Shown here: one piece after another, positions 59,073-64,000 of the stretch
Layout: every line of letters begins with the position of its first letter
Numbering within the stretch: the stretch's first letter is position 1
Source: Nitrospinales bacterium
GTDB lineage: Bacteria; Nitrospinota_A; UBA7883; JACRGQ01
Assembly (NCBI GenBank): GCA_023248535.1
Contig: JAHFEJ010000002.1
Location: forward strand, 2,714-66,713
DNA: 64,000 bases
Direction: 5' to 3'
Program-made: the position numbers and the translations under genes
The notes under the pieces: generated by a model
Database searches by the model: none
What the model was told of the DNA's origin: nothing
The model's input: only the letters and a program-made list of their open reading frames with translations

Positions 59073-59321
59073 TCATATATCGGCGAATTCTTCGACGGGG
59101 ACGTTAATCTCCTTTGACGCCTTTTTTTTGGAATGGCTGATCTCCTCGAAGGCATGTTCGATTTTTTTCAGGGTTGCGGCTTCATAGTACCGCTCGCCGC
59201 AGAAATCGCATTCTTCGCACGGCACCTCGTTGACGACGAAAAAGCGGCTGCCGCTTTTATAGATGTACTGCGCCTTTTTTGCCGTGAAATTTTTGTTTCC
59301 GCAAAAATTACATGTTTTCAT
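59073..59321 (-). CDS. YgiT-type zinc-finger protein (MqsA-like antitoxin zinc ribbon, no HTH)
   Basis: CxxCG...(28 aa)...CxxCDFCGE pattern (CNFCGN ... CEECDFCGERYY). Confidence 0.6.
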   Translation of the reverse strand: MKTCNFCGNKNFTAKKAQYIYKSGSRFFVVNEVPCEECDFCGERYYEAATLKKIEHAFEEISHSKKKASKEINVPVEEFADI

Positions 59322-59323
59322 GC

Positions 59324-59629
59324 CTACCCTCTTTCCAGGGGATTAATAAACTTTGGTGGCTTCGGGATATACACTGTTATCATCACCGGCCATTCGCCGC
59401 GGCGGCCACAAACAACGTGTACCGGTTTCCCCTGTTTCGTGTAACCGGCTACAAGACAGCTTTCACCGCGGCCCGTATCTTCATAATACTCCAAAAGAAT
59501 GCCGGAAAGCAGGGCATCCTCGATTTCCAGAAATGTTAGCGAATCGTTATGCCGTTCTTCATCGGCATGTTTGGAAACATAATATTGCCCTGCCCTTACC
59601 TGCTCCTTTATCCAATCAAGGGATAGCAT
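59324..59629 (-). CDS. DUF4258-like small protein (toxin-like partner of YgiT/DUF2283 antitoxins)
   Basis: 101 aa. ESCLVAGYTKQGKPVHVVCG...ITVY pattern of DUF4258. ATG overlaps the TAA of the upstream gltS-like gene (TAATG). Confidence 0.55.
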   Translation of the reverse strand: MLSLDWIKEQVRAGQYYVSKHADEERHNDSLTFLEIEDALLSGILLEYYEDTGRGESCLVAGYTKQGKPVHVVCGRRGEWPVMITVYIPKPPKFINPLERG

Positions 59630-61302
59630 TACGTTTCCTTCCGTAAAGCGGGGCGGGGGAAGAGGTCGGCGCAGTTGCGCACGGTGTAATCGGCATCCTT
59701 GAACACCACATGCGAGCGGGTGAATTGCGTGGGCGAGGTGAGGCCGCAGGCGGCCGCGGTGGTGAACAGCCCCGCCCGTACCGTGATGAGGTAGTTCACC
59801 ACGCGGTACATTTTCTCCTCTACAAACAGCGCGCGCTGCATGGCGGGGTCGGTGGTGGCCACGCCGACGGGACACTCGTTCGAGTGGCATTTTTCCGTCA
59901 TGATGCAACCCAGCGTTATCATAAACGCGCGCGCGGCGGCGATGAGGTCGGCCCCCAGCGCCAGGGCTATCGCCTGTTCGTCCGGCAGGTGCAGGCGGCC
60001 CGATGCGATCAGCTTCACCTTGTCCCTCAGGCCGTAGGCGCGGAGCGTATCGTCCGCAATCACGATTGCGGAGTAGACCGGCAGGCCGAGGCTGTCGGCC
60101 ATCTCTTTGTACGTCGCGCCCGATCCCCCTTCGGCTCCATCCACCGTGATGAAATCCGGTCCCGTGCCACGGCGGTGGAACTCGGCGCAGAATTCCTCCA
60201 GACCGCCGCGCCCGCCGATGACCAGCTTCACCCCCACCGGCAGTCCTGCGGTTTCGCGCACCCGTTCGATGAAATCGAAAAGCTGCGGCACGTTGTCGAT
60301 GCCGGGAATGCGGTTGGGGCTGTCGACCGGCTTGTACGGCTCCACGTTGCGTATCGCGGCGATCTCGGCGGTGACTTTGCTGCCCTCCACATGGCCGCCC
60401 CGTATCTTGGCCCCCTGCATCAGCTTGATTTCAATCGCGCGCACTTGCGGTATGCGGGCTTTTTCTCGCAGCAGTTCCCAATCCATCTGTCCGTGTTTGT
60501 CGCGCACGCCGAAAAGTCCCGCGCCGATCTGGAAAACAATGTCGCCTCCCCCCAGCAGGTGATACGGGCTGATTCCCCCTTCGCCGGTGTTCAGCCACGA
60601 TCCGCCAGCCATGCCGACGCCCCGGCTGAGGGCCGACACGGCGTTGGGCCCCAGCGCGCCGTAGCTCATGCCGCTGGTGCCGACAAGTCCCTTCAGCCGC
60701 CACGGCCTTTTTGCGCCGGAGCCGACGGTGAGGGCGTCTTCGTCCGCCAGCAGCCAGGGACGCACGCTCTCTTCCTTCACTTTTTCAAAGCGTATGAACA
60801 GGGTGTCGGCGTCGATGGCGTATTTGCGGGTGGGGATGGCGGCGGGTTGATCGACCGCCATCTCTCCGAGGAGCGGCGGAAAGAGGGTATTTTGCAGGTA
60901 GAGTCCCGGCGCGGCGAAATCGCGCTTGCTGCCGTAGCTGATCAGCGTGTTGAGGTATTTCGAGGCCTTTACGATGGCGATGAACTTCACCCGGCTGATC
61001 GGCTTGCCGGCGTTGTCGTCGTCGGTGATGTAAAAGCGAAGCTCCGGGCCGATTTTTTCGATGACGTAGCGGAGGATGCCGAGGAACCAGTGCTTGCCCC
61101 GCAGCAGCGAGCTTTGCGTCTGCCGCCGGTTGCGCAGGTACAGCCACGCGGTGAACGCCAGCGGCACAAAGAACATGATGCAAAGGATGACGAAACTGGC
61201 GATTGTCAGAATGTGATTGATGATGTCCACCGCGCCCCCCCTTGATACTGCCCGTGTAATGCCGACACCTGCATTGTAGTGAATCGGCATGAAGAACCGC
61301 AA
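59629..61302 (-). CDS. FMN-binding glutamate synthase family protein (GltS FMN domain-like) with an N-terminal TM anchor
   Basis: Conserved GltB domain-2 motifs (GEGG, GAEGGSGA, ASGR). Precise start uncertain. Confidence 0.75.
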   Translation of the reverse strand: MRFFMPIHYNAGVGITRAVSRGGAVDIINHILTIASFVILCIMFFVPLAFTAWLYLRNRRQTQSSLLRGKHWFLGILRYVIEKIGPELRFYITDDDNAGKPISRVKFIAIVKASKYLNTLISYGSKRDFAAPGLYLQNTLFPPLLGEMAVDQPAAIPTRKYAIDADTLFIRFEKVKEESVRPWLLADEDALTVGSGAKRPWRLKGLVGTSGMSYGALGPNAVSALSRGVGMAGGSWLNTGEGGISPYHLLGGGDIVFQIGAGLFGVRDKHGQMDWELLREKARIPQVRAIEIKLMQGAKIRGGHVEGSKVTAEIAAIRNVEPYKPVDSPNRIPGIDNVPQLFDFIERVRETAGLPVGVKLVIGGRGGLEEFCAEFHRRGTGPDFITVDGAEGGSGATYKEMADSLGLPVYSAIVIADDTLRAYGLRDKVKLIASGRLHLPDEQAIALALGADLIAAARAFMITLGCIMTEKCHSNECPVGVATTDPAMQRALFVEEKMYRVVNYLITVRAGLFTTAAACGLTSPTQFTRSHVVFKDADYTVRNCADLFPRPALRKET

Positions 61303-61339
61303 CTATCGCGCGGTGCGCGGCGGGGGTACAATCGGCTTG

Positions 61340-62035
61340 ATGGCAAAAAAGGAGACGGCCGCGCAACGCGCCGAAGGGATCATTGCAAAACTGCGCGCCC
61401 TTTCAAAGCCGGAAAATCTGATTGGGATGGCGCGGTACGGCATCGTGCCCAAAAACGGGCTGGGGGTGAGCATTCCCCATTTGCGAAGCATCGCGAAGGA
61501 GTGCGGAAAAAACCATGCGCTGGCGCAAAAACTCTGGGCCAGCGGCATCCACGACGTGCGGATACTCGCCGCGTTGGTGGACGAGCCGGAGAAAGTTTCT
61601 CCCGCGCAGATGGACCGCTGGGTGAAAACATTTTACTCGTGGGATGTTTGCGATCAGGTCTGCGGCAACCTTTTTGACAAAACCCCATATGCATACGATA
61701 AAGCGCGTGTGTGGCGCCGCGATCCCCGCGAATACGTCAAACGCGCGGGATTTGTGTTGATGGCGGTGTTGGCGGTTCACGACAAGCGGGCGGATGATGC
61801 GCAGTTCATCGAGTTCCTGCCGATGATACGCGAAGGGGCCGAAGACGGGCGGAATTTTGTGAAGAAGGCGGTGAACTGGGCGTTGCGGCAGATCGGCAAG
61901 CGGAATCCGGCCTTGCGGAAAAAAGCGTTGGCGTTGGCGGCGGAACTTGCGGCATCGCCCGATGCGGCACCGCGCTGGGTGGGGCGCGGCGCGTTGCGGG
62001 AATTGAAGAGCATATCGCTGGGGGGGGGGAAGTAA
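61340..62035 (+). CDS. DNA alkylation repair protein (AlkD/AlkC HEAT-like repeat family)
   Basis: 232 aa. PF08713-like pattern (KLRALSKPEN, WDVCDQ). Confidence 0.7.
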   Translation: MAKKETAAQRAEGIIAKLRALSKPENLIGMARYGIVPKNGLGVSIPHLRSIAKECGKNHALAQKLWASGIHDVRILAALVDEPEKVSPAQMDRWVKTFYSWDVCDQVCGNLFDKTPYAYDKARVWRRDPREYVKRAGFVLMAVLAVHDKRADDAQFIEFLPMIREGAEDGRNFVKKAVNWALRQIGKRNPALRKKALALAAELAASPDAAPRWVGRGALRELKSISLGGGK

Positions 62036-62096
62036 GGGGGTAAAGCGGAAACCGGCTTTGGGAGGTTAATTCAAAACCGGCTTCCGCGGGTGTGGT

Positions 62097-62264
62097 TTAA
62101 TTAAGGCTGAGTTCAAGGTTGCGGCGGAGATCGGTATAAGTCTCCTGCGCCAACTGCTCGGCGTTGGCCTGATCGGCTTCCAGCTTCCGCGCTTCGTCAA
62201 GAAGGATGCTTATCAGCTCGCCGTGGCTTCTTTCCAGCAACTTCAACATATTTTCTTTAGTCAT
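62097..62264 (-). CDS. Small helical hypothetical protein (55 aa)
   Basis: ORF only. No signature. Confidence 0.25.
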   Translation of the reverse strand: MTKENMLKLLERSHGELISILLDEARKLEADQANAEQLAQETYTDLRRNLELSLN

Positions 62265-62497
62265 TTTTTTGTCTCCTGCACATATGAATAACAAGTCCCG
62301 TGCCAGAGCGGATAAATGACAGTCATGTTTATAAGTAATTGATATATATTGGCTGTTAATGTGGACTTTCCCCAGCCAGTCATCTCTTTGACGCCAACGA
62401 AAGCCTCGGACAGCGTCAACAACCCAGCAAGGATTGCCGGACAAGGCACTTTTTGCCGTGCTGTTTGCGCTTTGTAAACTGTGGATAAAGGATGGGT

Positions 62498-63322
62498 TCA
62501 GCGGCTGATGGCGACGCCGAAGCCGTAGCGGGTGGAACTGTGGTTGTAATCGATCAAGCTTTCGCCATAACCGTCCCACACTTGGAAAAAGAGATCCATA
62601 TTCCCCATGAAGTGATAGTTAACGTCGATCTGCACGTTGCCGTATTCCCATACCCGCCCCTTGCGCACGATGAATGCCCACTGCATCCATTTTTGGTCCA
62701 GGGTTATGGAGAGCTCGTTGTTCCCCTGATAATCGCGGATGTCGGCGTTTTCGGTTGAGCCGTATGCGTACCACCACTTCAGCGCGACAACGAGCGTTTT
62801 AAAATTCAGAGGGAGCTTTGCCGGATCGTCGATCACCATGCGCGGCTCCCAATAGACGCGGTTCCAGCTGCGCGATTCCGGGCCGTCGCGCCCGTTCGAT
62901 TCGTGCTCGAACAGCCCCACTTTTCCCCAGCGCCAGATGCCGGAACCGTGATTGGTGTAGTCCAAGTAAAATTCCGGGTTGTAGTTTGTTTCGCGGAACG
63001 GGAGGGAGGGGGCGGTGACGCTCCAGAACGATTTTTGCGTATAGCCGAAATACATGTTTTTGCAGAGGTGCTGTTTGATGCTCAATTGATATTTGACGTA
63101 ATCGATCATGCCGTCAACCGCGTTTGGCGTTCCCCCCTGATCGAGGAGGAGGTAGTTCCTCTTATGCGGCTTTATCCCCCAATCTTCGCTGGCCGGGATT
63201 TGGTCCCCGGCCGTTGCGTCGCTTTTGCACAGGTTGTAGAGGAAGTCAGCCGGGTCTTCGGCGCGGGCGGTGGAAGGAAAGATGAGCGCCACGGCCGCGA
63301 GGAACAAAAGCAGCCGTTTCAT
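62498..63322 (-). CDS. pldA: Outer-membrane phospholipase A1
   Basis: Signal peptide. YTQKS and HESNG catalytic motifs. Confidence 0.85.
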   Translation of the reverse strand: MKRLLLFLAAVALIFPSTARAEDPADFLYNLCKSDATAGDQIPASEDWGIKPHKRNYLLLDQGGTPNAVDGMIDYVKYQLSIKQHLCKNMYFGYTQKSFWSVTAPSLPFRETNYNPEFYLDYTNHGSGIWRWGKVGLFEHESNGRDGPESRSWNRVYWEPRMVIDDPAKLPLNFKTLVVALKWWYAYGSTENADIRDYQGNNELSITLDQKWMQWAFIVRKGRVWEYGNVQIDVNYHFMGNMDLFFQVWDGYGESLIDYNHSSTRYGFGVAISR

Positions 63323-63326
63323 GCGG

Positions 63327-64000
63327 CTATTTTTCAAGAATCCATCGCAAAAGGTTGGTGTAAAAAACGTCGCGGTCTTTCAACATGCGGGGGAACGTGC
63401 GCTTGGTTTCGGCCACCAGCTGCTCTTTTGCGCGCATGCCCCGTTCGCGCAGCAGCTCGGGCAGGTACTCTTCGCTCCAGCCGCGCACGTCGGCTTCTTC
63501 CACTTCGGGGTGGAATTGCAGGGCCAGCATGTTGCCGTGCCGGAACGCCTGATTGGCGCAGGCCTCGCTCCGGGCCAGATGCGCCGCCCCTTTGGGAATG
63601 GCGAAGGTATCGCCATGCCACTGGAATACGTTCAGCGTTTCCGGCAGGCCGGCCAGAAGCGGCTCATGTTTCCCCGCATCGGTGAGCGTGACCGGCATCC
63701 AGCCGATTTCCTTGATGGGGTTTTTCGTCACCTTTGCGCCGAGCGCGCGGGCGATCATCTGGCCACCGAGGCAGAAGCCGACGACTTTATGTTTCTTTTT
63801 CGCGGCGTCCTGCAGCAGGCGCAACTCATCGGCAAGGAAGGGGTGTTTGTCTTCCTCGTAGACGTTCATCGGCCCCCCCATGATGAGCATCACGCCGTAG
63901 CCGTCTGCCGTGGCGGGGCACGGTTCCCCTTTGGAAAGGTCGATGTCGTCGATGGCGAAGCCGTTGCGTTTTAAAAACTCCCCGAACGTGCCGGGGCTTT
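63327..64000 (-). CDS. Class I glutamine amidotransferase-like protein (5'-truncated by the window edge)
   Basis: GFCLGGQ nucleophile elbow and HPE motif. The reading frame continues past position 64000. Confidence 0.75.
   Translation of the reverse strand, partial: SPGTFGEFLKRNGFAIDDIDLSKGEPCPATADGYGVMLIMGGPMNVYEEDKHPFLADELRLLQDAAKKKHKVVGFCLGGQMIARALGAKVTKNPIKEIGWMPVTLTDAGKHEPLLAGLPETLNVFQWHGDTFAIPKGAAHLARSEACANQAFRHGNMLALQFHPEVEEADVRGWSEEYLPELLRERGMRAKEQLVAETKRTFPRMLKDRDVFYTNLLRWILEK

Overview
High-GC (~65%) chromosomal window from a Gram-negative (diderm) bacterium. The lineage is not assigned; diderm is inferred from the lpxD-fabZ-lpxA genes, LptE, OMPLA and an outer-membrane beta-barrel protein. 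The window is densely coded with housekeeping and envelope genes. In order: a multi-receiver hybrid histidine kinase with a response regulator; a BNR-repeat surface protein overlapping a 5-heme cytochrome c; an ArnT-like GT39; lpxI with a Gfo/Idh/MocA oxidoreductase; a hemerythrin; DedA; the lpxD-fabZ-lpxA cluster; a B12-radical SAM enzyme; an M50 protease; hisC; the H+-PPase; pdxA; glnE; dprA; mnmE-mnmG-rsmG; trpG-trpD; clpB; tRNA-Gln; a cbiR-like gene with cobU-cobT-cobS; a cytochrome c/b5 fusion; an ArsS-like radical SAM protein with an AhpD-like partner; lptE; hflX; a Sel1 protein; an FMN glutamate-synthase-like protein; an AlkD-like repair protein; pldA. Accessory content consists of a Type II R-M operon (m5C MTase, HNH nuclease, Vsr), a HepT/MntA pair, a DUF6883/DUF4926 cassette bounded by 19-bp direct repeats, and a low-GC 1.4-kb insertion carrying DUF4258, a YgiT zinc-finger protein and a membrane coiled-coil protein. 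Two further signals are a ~950-bp AT-rich non-coding island and a scar of duplicated tRNA-Gln 3' end. The non-coding sequence is notable. At least seven MITE-like palindromic elements with shared termini AACCACAGAGGCACAGAG / CTCTGTGCCTCTGTGGTT sit in intergenic spacers. A 22-bp conserved motif followed by a covarying hairpin occurs three times. A block dense in GTAC-core palindromes lies downstream of hppA. No CRISPR array, rRNA, integrase or transposase was seen.
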